A DNA stretch of 35,309 nucleotides, taken from NCBI GenBank assembly GCA_032718475.1, contig JAUCBJ010000726.1, positions 1-35,309 on the forward strand. Direction: 5' to 3'. The notes beneath the pieces were generated by a model, which saw only the letters and a list, made by a program, of their open reading frames with translations, had not been told where the DNA came from and ran no database searches. Source of the DNA: Nemertoderma westbladi (taxonomy: Eukaryota > Animalia > Xenacoelomorpha). How positions within the stretch are numbered: position 1 is the stretch's first letter; every line of letters begins with the position of its first letter. This document shows positions 20,295 to 33,110 of this stretch, in pieces. The translations under genes were made by a program, and so were the position numbers.

Positions 20295-21265
20295 TTCAAT
20301 TAATTAATAAGCCCACTCGCATCACGGATAACACCGCAACTTGTATCGATAACATCCTTACCAACGACATAAGTGTAGTAAAACGCTCGGGTATCATTGT
20401 TGGTAGTATATCCCTTATCTGGTAATGTATCACTTGCCTGTATTTGCCCAAAAAAATTTGCCGTTTAATAGAAGTAAATTTTTGAAACATCCATACATCT
20501 CAGTGCGTGATAAATCTAAAAAAAACTGTGCTCTATTCTGTGAGAAATTGCGTCGTATAAGTTCGTGGAACAATCTAACTTGTAAGCAAGATCCAAACGA
20601 TGTGCTTCAGAATTTCTTTGAAATTTATCAAAATTTATACAACGACACTTTTCCAATTAGGTTCATTTCCGTTGTGAAACCATGGATATCTGAAAACCTT
20701 TATACCTCCATAAGAAAGAAACATTCACTATAATATGCAAAATATATTAAAACAAAATCTACTGAAGCAAAGCAGGAATATTTATCGTTCAAAAATATAC
20801 TAACTAAAACAATTAGAATTGCGAAGCAACAACATTTATCTGCATTATTTATAAATATGAGCGAAACAATAGTAAAACATGGTCTGTTATAAAGGAAATT
20901 ATCAACACAAAAAGCAATTCTGTTTCCGGAAAATTTCTAATTGACAAGTACATGACGGATAACAAATCCAAGATTACAAATGGATTCTCTATATACTTTA
21001 GTTCAGTAGCTAGTAAACTTGCTGATAAAATCACGCCACCATCTGGATCCGTCAAAGACTCACTCAATCATCCTTGAACTAATACTCACCTCTTGACAAA
21101 GGCGACGTGGAAGCTCTCGTGCTTGGCCTGAGCCGGTTGAAAGCGATCAGTTCAGAATGTGTTGACCCTGTTATAGCGAGAAATTGTTTTCACCTGATAA
21201 ACGAACCTAAACAACTCATATTATCAACCAGTCTCTTTCTCTCGGGATCTTCCCAGAACAATGGA
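20295..21265 (+). mobile_element. Degenerate CR1/L2-group LINE fragment (endonuclease end to RT start), interrupted by BEL element 2
   Basis: QLINKPTRITDNTATCIDNILTN..HLPVF, KPWISE, KTWSVIKEII, IINQSLSLGIFPEQW ending at the LTR; contains stops and frameshifts. Confidence 0.8.
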
Positions 21266-21903
21266 TGTTAACGGTAGAACGTTTGTGACCATGTAACACC
21301 AAAATTATTTGACATATTTTCCCGAGATTAGAAGACATGCATGAATTGCCCCTTGGCACATGTTATTTCAGATGCGTTTTTTATTTATTATTATTCGATA
21401 TGTAAACATGAAGCACATGTAGACTCAGCATGCATAATATGTCAATCACGACCTGTCATTTGTAATGCTGCTTACTGTACAACATTTTTAGTCTACCTTA
21501 GGACAGGAATCATTATCTCTATGCACGATTAATTTAGCCAGTTTCTTACTGTAGTTATTGAGAGTTATAAGTTTGATGTGAATCCTCAATCATTTTCTGT
21601 TCCTTACTTTTCACCCAGTGTATGAAATCCTATTGGATATAACTTTCTGTGATAGGCACATGAAACATATTATAATAAAATATAGTAGTATAAAATATCG
21701 TAGCTTTTTTATATGATATTATTATCAATTAGGTAGCATTATGATATACATTAGGAGTGTAATGAGAGTGCGATTGTCAATTATTATTATAAAATATTAA
21801 ACTATGTCTTATTATCATCAACTCATTCATTTTATATTTCTTAATATCCGTCATCATATTACGAACCCAAAAACATTTACAAACTTAGACCGAGGCGTCA
21901 ACA
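21266..21903 (+). repeat. 5' LTR of element 2 (TGTT...AACA)
   Basis: Direct repeat of 26002-26639; one mismatch noticed (21714 T versus 26450 G). Confidence 0.95.
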
Positions 21904-21910
21904 CATTTAT

Positions 21911-21927
21911 TGGTCCTTCGAACCGGA
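21911..21927 (+). promoter_or_regulatory. Primer binding site complementary to the tRNA-Tyr 3' end (repeated at 26647-26663)
   Basis: TGGTCCTTCGAACCGGA, against TGGTCCTTCGAGCCGGA expected from metazoan tRNA-Tyr. Confidence 0.85.
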
Positions 21928-22102
21928 TACATCAACCCACTAACTACGATGACTCTGTGGGATTTGTTCCCAAATAATCACTGAAACACCCTTTCAAGAT
22001 GAGTGAACCTGGCGGTATCAGCCGGCGAGTTGCCCTGCGACGAACCTCTCAAAGACGGATCTCAACGTAAGTTGTAATACTACAACAAATAACGAAACAT
22101 CT

Positions 22103-25100
22103 GTGTTTTTACCTACTGTGCCTATTAAGATTATTTCTCCTAACGGTGAAACTCTTAATACTCATGCCCTTCTTGATGCATGCAGTGAGACCTCCTTCAT
22201 ACGTAAGGATATCGCTGATGCACTCAATTTAGATGGGGAATTTTAATGTATAAAATTAAACGGCCTGATTGGAAAAAGTGGAGACCAAAAACGAAAGCGT
22301 GTTTACTTTTCCATATCAGGGCATCATCCATATAACACAATTTTCTATGTTGATGAAGCATACGTGCTTCCTTCAATGAATGCACCATCCCGATCATTCG
22401 CCTTTGATAGCAATGATAGTCAATTTGATTATTTGCAGGGCCTTGATTTATCCTGCAATGAACGACCAGATGTAGCAGTAGTTATTGGGGCCAATGTACC
22501 TGATGCTCTGAATACTGCTGAAAGACGTGTGGGTGCATCAGGACAACCCCAAGCGCACTGTTCGGCACTGGGCTGGTATCTTTTAGGAAGATCTCAAACT
22601 ACCACGTCTAAAAATGACGAATTGGTTGTTTATACGACCACTGTTTCTGAAACAGATAGACTTGACAAACGTCTCGAGATGTTTTGGCGTACTGATGCAT
22701 TTGGTACTACTCATGATTCTTGTGCTTCTCGATCAGTCGAAGACACAAGAGCCTTACAAATCATTGAACGAACGATCAAGTTCGTTGATGGACGTTATGA
22801 GATGGGGTTGCCCTGGAAACGTGATGCACCACGTCTTCCAGACAACACCCCCATGGCTACTCATAGACTTTTATCCCTTGAGAAGGATTTAGATAAAGAT
22901 CATGATTTAGCTAAACGCTATACTGAAATAATAGATGGATACGAATCCAAAGGGTTTGCACGTAAGCTAACAAAAGAGGAGTCACTGATTCCATCTAAAG
23001 TAACTTGGTATTTACCCCACCATGGGGTAACCCAACCAAACAAGCCTGGAAAACTTAGAGTAGTTTTCGATGCCGCTGCAAAGTACAGTGGCACATCGTT
23101 AAATGATCAGTTATTGACCGGACCTGACTTATTGAATAGCCTTATCGGAATTTTGTTGAGATTTCGTCAACATTTAGTTGCTATTATTGGTGATATAGAG
23201 GCTATGTATCACCAAGTGGGCGTTCAAGAGAGTGACCGACCCGCTTTGCGGTTTCTATGGCGAGGAGACAATAGAGTCGACCCGCCAAATGTTTATGAGA
23301 TGACTCGCCATATCTTTGGCGCTGTTTCCTCTCAAAACATGTGCAATCACGGGATTGCGACGTGCTGCTACCGATCAAGCTTCTTCATTTGATGCACTAA
23401 CTGTAGCTACGGTTATACGAGACTTTTATTCGGATGATTTACTGACTTCTGTGACTTCGACCACCGTAGCAATTAAATTGTTAAGCCAACTTATTGCTAT
23501 GCTGAACAACAGGGGATTTCGCCTTACTAAATTCGTGAGTAATTCACGTGAAGTTCTTACTTCGATACCTTCTACCGAACTCACACGATCCATTGTTAAT
23601 TTAGATTGCGATGGACTCCCCACGCAACGTGCTCTTGGTGTTCAGTGGGATGCGAATGAAGATGTTATTTCATTCACAACTGTCGCATCGAGTAAAGACA
23701 GTTCCCATTTCACTAAAAGAAAAATACTTTCGATAACTAGCTCAATTTTTGATCCATTGGGATTGTTAACACCGTTCATATTACCAGCTAAATTAGTCAT
23801 ACAAGAGTTGTGGCGGATAGGAGTTGGATGGGACGATCTCATACCAACAGAGCTACTGAGTGTGTGGTTAAGGTGGTTAAACGATCTTACCTACGTAGAA
23901 AATATTAAACTCCCTCGGGTTTATTTTCCTTCTCAACAATACATTGCGTCACTCCAACTTCATATATTTTGTGATGCATCTGACGTTGCTTTTGGAGTTG
24001 CTGGATATCTCAGAGCTGTTGATAGAAATGGGCAAGTTAAATGCTGCCTCATTATGGGAAAATCTCGTCTAGCCCCCTTGCGCACTATATCAGTCCCTCG
24101 CAAGGAACTCCAAGCCTGTGTAATGGGCATTAGAGTCGCGAATTTAATCCAATCAGAGATCGAATTACCAATTTCTCAGCGTTTCTATTGGACTGATTCT
24201 AAAACGGCATTACAGTACATTGGAAGTGAATCTCGCAGATTCACACCATTCGTAGCAAACCGCGTAGCAGAGATACATGACCACAGTGACGTATCTCAAT
24301 GGCATCACATATCTAGTTCACAAAATCCAGCGGATGATCCGACACGAGGTTTATCGCTTTCATCGGCAACCATGTCAGATCACTGGTTTCAAGGGCCAGA
24401 TTTCCTGTGGGAACCTGAGGCAAGCTGGCCCTCACAAAGCAGTTCAGAGCCCGTTCATAACGAAGACTGTGAACTTAAGAAATCTGTAGTTATTGCTGCT
24501 ACAATAGTAGAAAGTAACCCAACAACACTTATTGACTTTAGTCGATTCTCCAATTGGAATCGATTATGTGGGTGCATAGCCAGATGTTTAGGATGGGTTC
24601 GGTGCTTCCGGCAGCGCAAGGAACATCCGACGCTGCCACTAGGGGTGGCTGACCCATCAGCCACCGAATTGGATCAGGCGGGAATGTTAACCATTCGCTT
24701 GCAGCAAGAGAAGACATGGTCTGCAGAAATTAGTGCATTAAACGCAGGCCGACCTCTACAAAGAGATAGTCCACTTGTGCCACTCAACCCATTTATTGAC
24801 AAAGCGGGTATTCTGAGAGTGGGTGGACGACTGGGCAATTCAGATCTACCAATTGCTACTAAACACCCAGCAATACTGAGTCATAATGATGCTCTCTCGA
24901 AGATCATGATCTGGTCAACCCATAGCAAATTAGCCCACCAAGGACCACATCATGTATTGGCGTCATTAAGGGAAAACGTCTGGATCACCAGAGGTAAAGC
25001 CGCAGTTCGTTCTGTTATTGACAAGTGTGTAGTGTGCCGTAGAAGCAACGCAAGGGCTGCACCTCCGTATATGGCAGACCTACCCTCTTGTCGATTGGCA

Positions 25101-25989
25101 GTACTGAAACCGGCCTTTTTTGAGACAGGTCTAGATTATCTCGGACCTATAGCAGTTAAGAGAGGAAGATGCAGAGAAAAACGTTGGGTATGTTTATTTA
25201 CCTGTTTGACAACTCGCGCGGTTCATTTAGAAGTTGCCTATAATCTAAATGCAGATGCCTTTATTATGGCACTTCGTCGTTTCATATCTCGAAGGGGATA
25301 TCCATCTGTTATTCATTCTGATAACGGAACCAACTTTATTGCCGCCAAAAGAGAGCTGCGGGAAGCCCTCAATGCCATCGATCACGGCGCAATACGTGGC
25401 ACCCTGGCGCACCTCAATATCTCATGGACTAGAATCCCACCACTTTCGCCACACTTTGGAGGTTCATGGGAACGCTTGGTGCGCACAGTGAAACAATCTT
25501 TACGTGCCACGATCATGAAACAGTGTGTCCATGATGATACACTCTATACCGTGTTGACAGAAATCGAAGCCATTCTCAACTCGCCGAGTCACTTTGTCGC
25601 CGAGTCACTTCCTTATTGGACAAAGTTATGAGAATGCATCACCCGGTGAATTCAACGATGGTGATATGTTGCTACGTAAGCGTTGGCGCCAATGCCACCT
25701 GCTTACCGACCACTTTTGGAACCGTTTCCAAAAGGAATACCTACCCACATTAACAGTGAGAGCTATTTGGAATAGGGAACGTCGTAATCTTGCTATCGGC
25801 GATCTCGTTCTGGTAGTTGACGGGCACTTACCGAGAGGACACTGGCCATTAGCCAGAGTCGTACGAGCTCTACCTGGAAAGGATGGCAGAGTACGCACGG
25901 TTGAAATCCGTACTGCTGCTTCCAAATCGTTGATACGTCCTACCGTTAAGCTGTGCCTTTTAGAAAGGGCCCAAAATGGCTCTGGTTGA
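22103..25989 (+). pseudogene. Disrupted BEL/Pao pol (protease, RT, RNase H, integrase, DUF5641-like tail)
   Basis: LLDACSET, WYLPHH..KLRVVFDA, GDIEAMYHQV, FYSDD, FCDAS, HHCC, DYLGP/SDNGTNF/WERLV; nonsense TAA at 22244-22246; frameshifts at about 23335 and about 25595. Confidence 0.92.
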
Positions 25990-26001
25990 GAGGGGTGGCT
26001 A

Positions 26002-26639
26002 TGTTAACGGTAGAACGTTTGTGACCATGTAACACCAAAATTATTTGACATATTTTCCCGAGATTAGAAGACATGCATGAATTGCCCCTTGGCACATGTT
26101 ATTTCAGATGCGTTTTTTATTTATTATTATTCGATATGTAAACATGAAGCACATGTAGACTCAGCATGCATAATATGTCAATCACGACCTGTCATTTGTA
26201 ATGCTGCTTACTGTACAACATTTTTAGTCTACCTTAGGACAGGAATCATTATCTCTATGCACGATTAATTTAGCCAGTTTCTTACTGTAGTTATTGAGAG
26301 TTATAAGTTTGATGTGAATCCTCAATCATTTTCTGTTCCTTACTTTTCACCCAGTGTATGAAATCCTATTGGATATAACTTTCTGTGATAGGCACATGAA
26401 ACATATTATAATAAAATATAGTAGTATAAAATATCGTAGCTTTTTTATAGGATATTATTATCAATTAGGTAGCATTATGATATACATTAGGAGTGTAATG
26501 AGAGTGCGATTGTCAATTATTATTATAAAATATTAAACTATGTCTTATTATCATCAACTCATTCATTTTATATTTCTTAATATCCGTCATCATATTACGA
26601 ACCCAAAAACATTTACAAACTTAGACCGAGGCGTCAACA
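26002..26639 (+). repeat. 3' LTR of element 2, shared as the 5' LTR of the tandem partial copy
   Basis: Preceded by the PPT and followed by a second PBS. Confidence 0.95.
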
Positions 26640-27887
26640 CATTTATTGGTCCTTCGAACCGGATACATCAACCCACTAACTACGATGACTCTGTGGGATT
26701 TGTTCCCAAATAATCACTGAAACACCCTTTCAAGATGAGTGAACCTGGCGGTATCAGCCGGCGAGTTGCCCTGCGACGAACCTCTCAAAGACGGATCTCA
26801 ACGTAAGTTGTAATACTACAACAAATAACGAAACATCTGTGTTTTTACCTACTGTGCCTATTAAGATTATTTCTCCTAACGGTGAAACTCTTAATACTCA
26901 TGCCCTTCTTGATGCATGCAGTGAGACCTCCTTCATACGTAAGGATATCGCTGATGCACTCAATTTAGATGGGGAAATTAAATGTATAAAATTAAACGGC
27001 CTGATTGGAAAAAGTGGAGACCAAAAACGAAAGCGTGTTTACTTTTCCATATCAGGGCATCATCCATATAACACAATTTTCTATGTTGATGAAGCATACG
27101 TGCTTCCTTCAATGAATGCACCATCCCGATCATTCGCCTTTGATAGCAATGATAGTCAATTTGATTATTTGCAGGGCCTTGATTTATCCTGCAATGAACG
27201 ACCAGATGTAGCAGTAGTTATTGGGGCCAATGTACCTGATGCTCTGAATACTGCTGAAAGACGTGTGGGTGCATCAGGACAACCCCAAGCGCACTGTTCG
27301 GCACTGGGCTGGTATCTTTTAGGAAGATCTCAAACTACCACGTCTAAAAATGACGAATTGGTTGTTTATACGACCACTGTCTCTGAAACAGATAGACTTG
27401 ACAAACGTCTCGAGATGTTTTGGCGTACTGATGCATTTGGTACTACTCATGATTCTTGTGCTTCTCGATCAGTCGAAGACACAAGAGCCTTACAAATCAT
27501 TGAACGAACGATCAAGTTCGTTGATGGACGTTATGAGATGGGGTTGCCCTGGAAACGTGATGCACCACGTCTTCCAGACAACACCCCCATGGCTACTCAT
27601 AGACTTTTATCCCTTGAGAAGAAATTAGATAAAGATCATGATTTAGCTAAACGCTATACTGAAATAATAGATGGATACGAATCCAAAGGGTTTGCACGTA
27701 AGCTAACAAAAGAGGAGTCACTGATTCCATCTAAAGTAACTTGGTATTTACCCCACCATGGGGTAACCCAACCAAACAAGCCTGGAAAACTTAGAGTAGT
27801 TTTCGATGCCGCTGCAAAGTACAGTGGCACATCGTTAAATGATCAGTTATTGACCGGACCTGACTTATTGAATAGCCTTATCGGAAT
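26640..27887 (+). mobile_element. Tandem, 3'-truncated second internal region of element 2 (protease to start of RT)
   Basis: Near-identical to 21904-23151; identity ends abruptly at 27887; the protease frame is open here (ORF 26839-27915). Confidence 0.93.
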
Positions 27888-27934
27888 AACCAATTTTCAT
27901 GTTCATCAATTATAACTGTAAGACAGTTACACTG

Positions 27935-28165
27935 GTGCTGCACGAAGGCCCCAAGCAAATTCAACTTGGAAAATTTCTAAACTTTTGACAGACTATTTGT
28001 GTACCAAGTTTGGTTACATTTCATCGAGGATTGATCGAGTTATTAACGTTCAAAATTGAACACCGCAAAAAAAGCGACAGAACGACAGGTTGATTAATGG
28101 TACCCCATTAATCTACGCTAAGGCTTAGCTACGCTAAGGCTCACTCACTTCGTGGCTCGCCCCAC
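27935..28165 (-). mobile_element. Short non-autonomous element sharing the GTGGGGCGAGCC terminus with the 18364/19217 family
   Basis: GGCTCGCCCCAC at 28154-28165 matches 19204-19215; small hairpins nearby. The left boundary is approximate. Confidence 0.45.
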
Positions 28166-29057
28166 AGAGGCAATATATAAGCTTGCTTGTCTTCGGCGTA
28201 TTTTAGAATTGCAACAAGAGACCATAACTAAAAACATGTTGGTAAACAAATAGTCATTCTCATTTATGTGCGTTAATTATTCATGATATTAATAAATAAT
28301 AATAAAATAAAAAAAACGTATTATAATGAATTGAATATTGAATATATTGAATATAGAATACCACTTCCTTCTCGAATGCCCGATATACAGTAGTATACTT
28401 TCCTGTTTTTGTACAATGCGTTCTCACTGTGCTCCATAATAGAGACAGGACGGGGGAGGGGGGGACTGGACGCCCGCCTCAATGTTAAATTCTCAATTTA
28501 GGGAAAGGAGAAGGTTACAGTGGCACGTTATTTTAACCAAAACAATAAACAAAACACATTAGAACAGGTTACAGTTTTATTTTTGAGAGTAATCAGCTGT
28601 TATTTGCGTCGAATTTCCCTTGGATCCCCCCCCCCTATCTGCCATAATATTAGGCCAAAATGAACACGCACTCAAGATGTAGTTTATACACTAAAAATAA
28701 TATGCCTGATATAAACTAGTTCAATGTTTCTGGTGAAGGGTTTATTATTATAGTATCATCTGGTACAATGGCCTTAAAATAAATATAATAGAAGTGCCCC
28801 GCCCCTCCCTCGATAAAATAGCCATATTCTTTGGATGGTATATTGTATCTGTTGTACGGTTTATTGACGTTTTTGGTGTGTACCAGATTTTAGATGTATT
28901 ACCAGGGAGGTAATGGGAATGGTGAGACAACGGGAATTCATAAGGCATGTAGCATTCATGAAGCACATCGAAACTTGTGCCAATAAAAACAAAAGCAGTT
29001 AACAAAACAGAATGAATGTATAAATAAATGAGTTTACATGAAGAAATGCGAGCAGTT

Positions 29058-30017
29058 TTACTGATTTGAGAGATTTCTTCCTCCATCTTGGCCACATTTA
29101 TCTTCCCATTGCTGAACGGTGTAGTCCAAGGTAAGTTGCAACTCCTCCCAGAAGTAGCGAAGGGTAGTCGGTGAGAAATTGTGTCTCGCAATGAGTGAAA
29201 CCCATTCACACAATTCAAAGGATTTACCAGGACCTTCGATTTCAATGTACGGTATCCTACTTGCAGTAATATTATCAATACCTCGCACAAGATAACCGGT
29301 GTAGAGATCGTCCCATTCGTACATTGTTGTATTTGGTACACGGGAAAGCATACGGGGGATAAGATTACTCGAGAGGAAATATAAGGCCCCCGAACAGTAA
29401 TTTGAGAAGATACTTCCACCGTAAAAATGGGTACGATTGACCCCAGATAGATATTGAACCATTCTGTGGGGATTAATTAACATGTCATCATCTCCTGAGG
29501 CAAAGAACGTTGCTTTGTTGCAGTGTTTTTGCGACCAATCAAAAGCCATCAATAGTTTTAAAGTTAAGTTTTTGTAGGTATCGATGAAGTTGCCCTGAAC
29601 GATGTCGCCATATTTTATACTTTCTCTTTCAATTTTTAATTGGATTTTTGGATTTTGGTAGCCTATTACGAATATAGTCACTATTTTCGTATCATTAACC
29701 ACTTTATGTGCAGCCCAAGTATCTCGGATTGCTTGTCGACGGTCTGTCGCTGTAGTTCGCGTTTTAATCATCAATAGTATAATAGTTTGCGGATTGCCAC
29801 TGATAATATTATAACATCCATTGGGGTTTTCTATAATATATTCCACTTTTGTGAGGTTGTATAGGTTCCATAAAGTTGGTTCAATTTGAAAGTCCCAAAA
29901 AGGGAATATTTTCGTTGATAAAGATGCCGAGTCATATAACAACGAAATAACATACAAAACGTTCGCTGAAATTACAACAATAATGATGAAAGAAACATAC
30001 TTGGCCTTCATATCCAT
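29058..30017 (-). CDS. GT31 beta-1,3-galactosyltransferase-like type II membrane protein, intronless, nested in an EFL1 intron
   Basis: N-terminal TM segment, RRQAIRDTW, ESIKYGDIVQGNFIDTYKNLTLK, GDDD, YCSGALY, WDDLYTG; ATG at 30017 (or 30011). Confidence 0.9.
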   Translation of the reverse strand: MDMKAKYVSFIIIVVISANVLYVISLLYDSASLSTKIFPFWDFQIEPTLWNLYNLTKVEYIIENPNGCYNIISGNPQTIILLMIKTRTTATDRRQAIRDTWAAHKVVNDTKIVTIFVIGYQNPKIQLKIERESIKYGDIVQGNFIDTYKNLTLKLLMAFDWSQKHCNKATFFASGDDDMLINPHRMVQYLSGVNRTHFYGGSIFSNYCSGALYFLSSNLIPRMLSRVPNTTMYEWDDLYTGYLVRGIDNITASRIPYIEIEGPGKSFELCEWVSLIARHNFSPTTLRYFWEELQLTLDYTVQQWEDKCGQDGGRNLSNQ

Positions 30018-31796
30018 AACTCCTAACAATTCATCTTTATTAAATATTAAATATAATAGAATATAAATAATTATAGTTTAATTTGATTAAAATTAATCAA
30101 CAACCACTTCATTATGGGCCTAGACCTACAGCTGTACAGACCAGACTGGTCTGTATAGTCTGTGACCAGCATAGGCTGACTGGGCAGTGTAGGTTTCACC
30201 CAACACGCTTTCTCAAGAATTACTGTTGAAACAAATTGATTTTTTAATTTAAAATAAGAGTTTATTGACTTGATATTGTAAATATTTTTGTCGCTTAATG
30301 GCGTGGTATTCAATGAATGCGGGTACATTACATTTAATACTGTGATATTATCCCATATTTTTTTGAGGTGGTTATACGGTAGAGCATAGAGCACATGAAA
30401 GTAGAAAGAAACAAATAGAGAAAGGCAAAGTCCAATATACTTATAATTGTATTTATCAATACAAATTCGTCAGACAGACGAGGATGGGGGCGGGAGGTGG
30501 TGAGTGGTTGGGCTTGGGACAGATTGATAAAGTTGTTAAAGTGCAACGAAAATAGTGAACATTTTTATAATTATTATTTATTTTATTAGAATTTATAATT
30601 AGTGAGACGATTCAAAGAGTGATGCAATAACTAGAGACTCATCACAAAAACGAACTGGCCATTTTAGACGGAATGACTGACCCTTAAGTAGTCTGTTAAC
30701 ACGGCCCATCATAACTATTGGTAAAGGAGCCGCACCGCACCATAACATTAGCTTGCCCCCCAAGGGGTTGGGGTTGGGGTTGGGGGGGGTGGCAAAAAAC
30801 CGCAGCTCCCCTTCGGTATTTCCTTAATTTGTACATGTATCCAAAGTGGTTGAAAAATGAAAAATGCATAGAAAACGATATACCATCGAAAAGATAATAA
30901 AAAGTAAATAAAATTTGAAAAAAAAATTTCTTGGCGCCTAGCAGTCTGCGTGAGATTTTCAAAATTTCACTAAAAAGAATACCACATTTTTCGGAACCAG
31001 CATATTCATTTTCATCATATTTTCGGGCACTTTTTGTATTTAATTTTCTATTTCTGATAATTGGCAATTTTGTAAAAAAATTCACAATTTTTGAAAAAAT
31101 TAAAAAACCCGTTTTTTGAAATATTTTATTTAAAAAATGGGGAAAATTATTTAATCAAGAAACTGCTTGAAATTTATTGAAACTTATGAAATTACCTTTC
31201 AGATAAAGCAAAAATAGCAAAAAACGGTTAAGATATGGCGGAGGCGAGTAGTATCCATATATATAAGCTGCAAATCGTCCATCCATCCGTCGTGTCTTGT
31301 CACTTAGATAAGCTCACACCAGCTACAGTATAAAACTACCTCAGCCTAGCATAGCCAGAACCACAGCCTGGGCAGGTTGGCTAAGGATGGTTGTATAAAG
31401 GCAGGCTGAGATACCAAATCCAAGACCAAGGCTGAGTACCAATCACAACAAACTTCTCTAAGGAAGGACATTGACATAACTTCTTAATTTGATTACTCAT
31501 GGAAATGAATAATAATATACAACTTTTACTGCCTGTGTGTCAACGTCCTAACCATTTGGATTCGAATTATTGTTATTGGTAATTTCCTGAACTTCTTCTA
31601 TAAACAATATTACAGTGTAGTGTTCAAATTTGTATGTATTTGAAGAGTATTAACTCAATTATTTATTACATACAAAGTAGCAACGACTGTATAAACATGG
31701 TTGACTACTAAGTAATGTTTTTCTTTTCATTTTCTTTTCTATTGACAATTCAGAAAAATTTGCGATTTCCGTCACTTATTATATATAATAAGTGTA

Positions 31797-32692
31797 CACC
31801 ATGTCCCGTAATATAGTGTCATTTTCTGATGACACGGACCCCCCCCCCCCCAGATTTTTCTACAAATCTTTATCATATTGCTTGAAATTTGAAACACAAC
31901 TAGTTCAACTCACCGTCGATGATAAATTTTTTTTATAAGCGTTTTAAAAAAGTGTCTCGTGAGCGTTTTAAAAAAGTGTCTTGTGCGAAATCGCACCATC
32001 CGTATCGTGGCCATTCTTCAAATAAGTCGTAATTTTTTAATATCTTTAAAAAGCTTGCGTTGCAAGGATTCCAAATATGTAACAATATCTGAATTTCGTT
32101 GAGAAACAGCTGAGATATAGGCGTTCAAAGATTGCAAGAATTATTATTCGCTGAAGGCCATTTATTCCATTTAAATACACGATATTCTGGTACATTTTGT
32201 TTAAGTATGAATAGCTACGCAATAGATATATTGGATAGGAATACCGCTGTTGCCAACCAACTTATAAAATAAATAGCACATTCTAGAGTCTAGACTTTTG
32301 TGTATTTATTAAATATTATAATAAATGACCTGCAGCGAACTTCCAATCTTTGAACGCCTATATCTCAGTTGTTTCTCAACGAAATTCAGATATTGTTACA
32401 TATTTGAAATCCTTGCAACGCAAGCTTTCTAATGCTATGAAATGGCCACGATACGGACACGATATAGTTCGCAAAAGACACTTTTTTAAAACGTTTATAA
32501 AAAAATTTTTAAGGCAAAATCCAAAATTCCGGTTTCATGGGGTCATCGACGTTGAGTGGAACTACTGTAGTTGTGTTTCAAATTTCAAGCAATATGATAA
32601 AGATTTGTAGAAAAGTCTGGGGGGTGGGGGGGGGGGGGGGGGGGGGGGGGTCCGTGTCATCAGAAAATGACACTATATTACGGGACATGGTG
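31797..32692. mobile_element. Tc1/mariner-type MITE with TIRs of about 340 bp and a TA target-site duplication
   Basis: TA|CACCATGTCCCGTAATATAGTGTC...GACACTATATTACGGGACATGGTG|TA; arms about 31797-32133 and about 32343-32692. Confidence 0.88.
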
Positions 32693-32729
32693 TATAATGT
32701 CACTTATTGTTTTTAGTGTGATCAAATGT

Positions 32730-33110
32730 CACTAGCTGTAGGCGGCCCTTACAGCTAGTGTAGTATAATCGCCTTCAGAGTTGAAACCTTCCCGCGCTAA
32801 ACTACAGGAAGGAACAACATCACCGAGCTAAAATTATATTTACGGGTGGTTTTCGGGGTCGCTGATTTCATTTATTATTTTGTGAAATATAGTCTCTCCA
32901 TCGGTGGGTTGTCTCTGTCTGTCTGTCTGTCTTACAGTTTGACTGACTGACTGGCAGACAGAAATTCCACGATAACTCGAGAACTACGATATCTCTCTAA
33001 GCCGCTTTCAGATTTGAAATCCCCATTAAATTCTACTCTAGATGCAATAAAAAAACAAATTTCTGAATTTTTTAGCGAGGGGGGCTGCCTCCCCCACTTA
33101 ATAATGTCAA
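32730..33110. repeat. Probable HINE-like repeat remnants (11-bp hairpin plus GTCT/GACT microsatellites)
   Basis: CACTAGCTGTA..TACAGCTAGTG at 32730-32760; (TGTC)n and (TGAC)n at about 32910-32953. Confidence 0.35.

Larger units (their letters stand above)
21266..26639 (+). mobile_element. BEL/Pao LTR retrotransposon (element 2), gag-deleted
   Basis: Two 638-bp LTRs, tRNA-Tyr PBS, PR-RT-RNaseH-IN order, and PPT GAGAGGGGTGG at about 25988-25998. Confidence 0.95.

Noticed and set aside
21341-26536. Duplicated 63-aa ORFs (21341, 26077) and a 60-aa ORF (26354)
   Set aside because: Chance frames inside the LTRs.
28748-29419. 223-aa alternative-frame ORF overlapping the GT31 gene
   Set aside because: Non-ATG start, no recognisable motif, and it overlaps a well-supported CDS.
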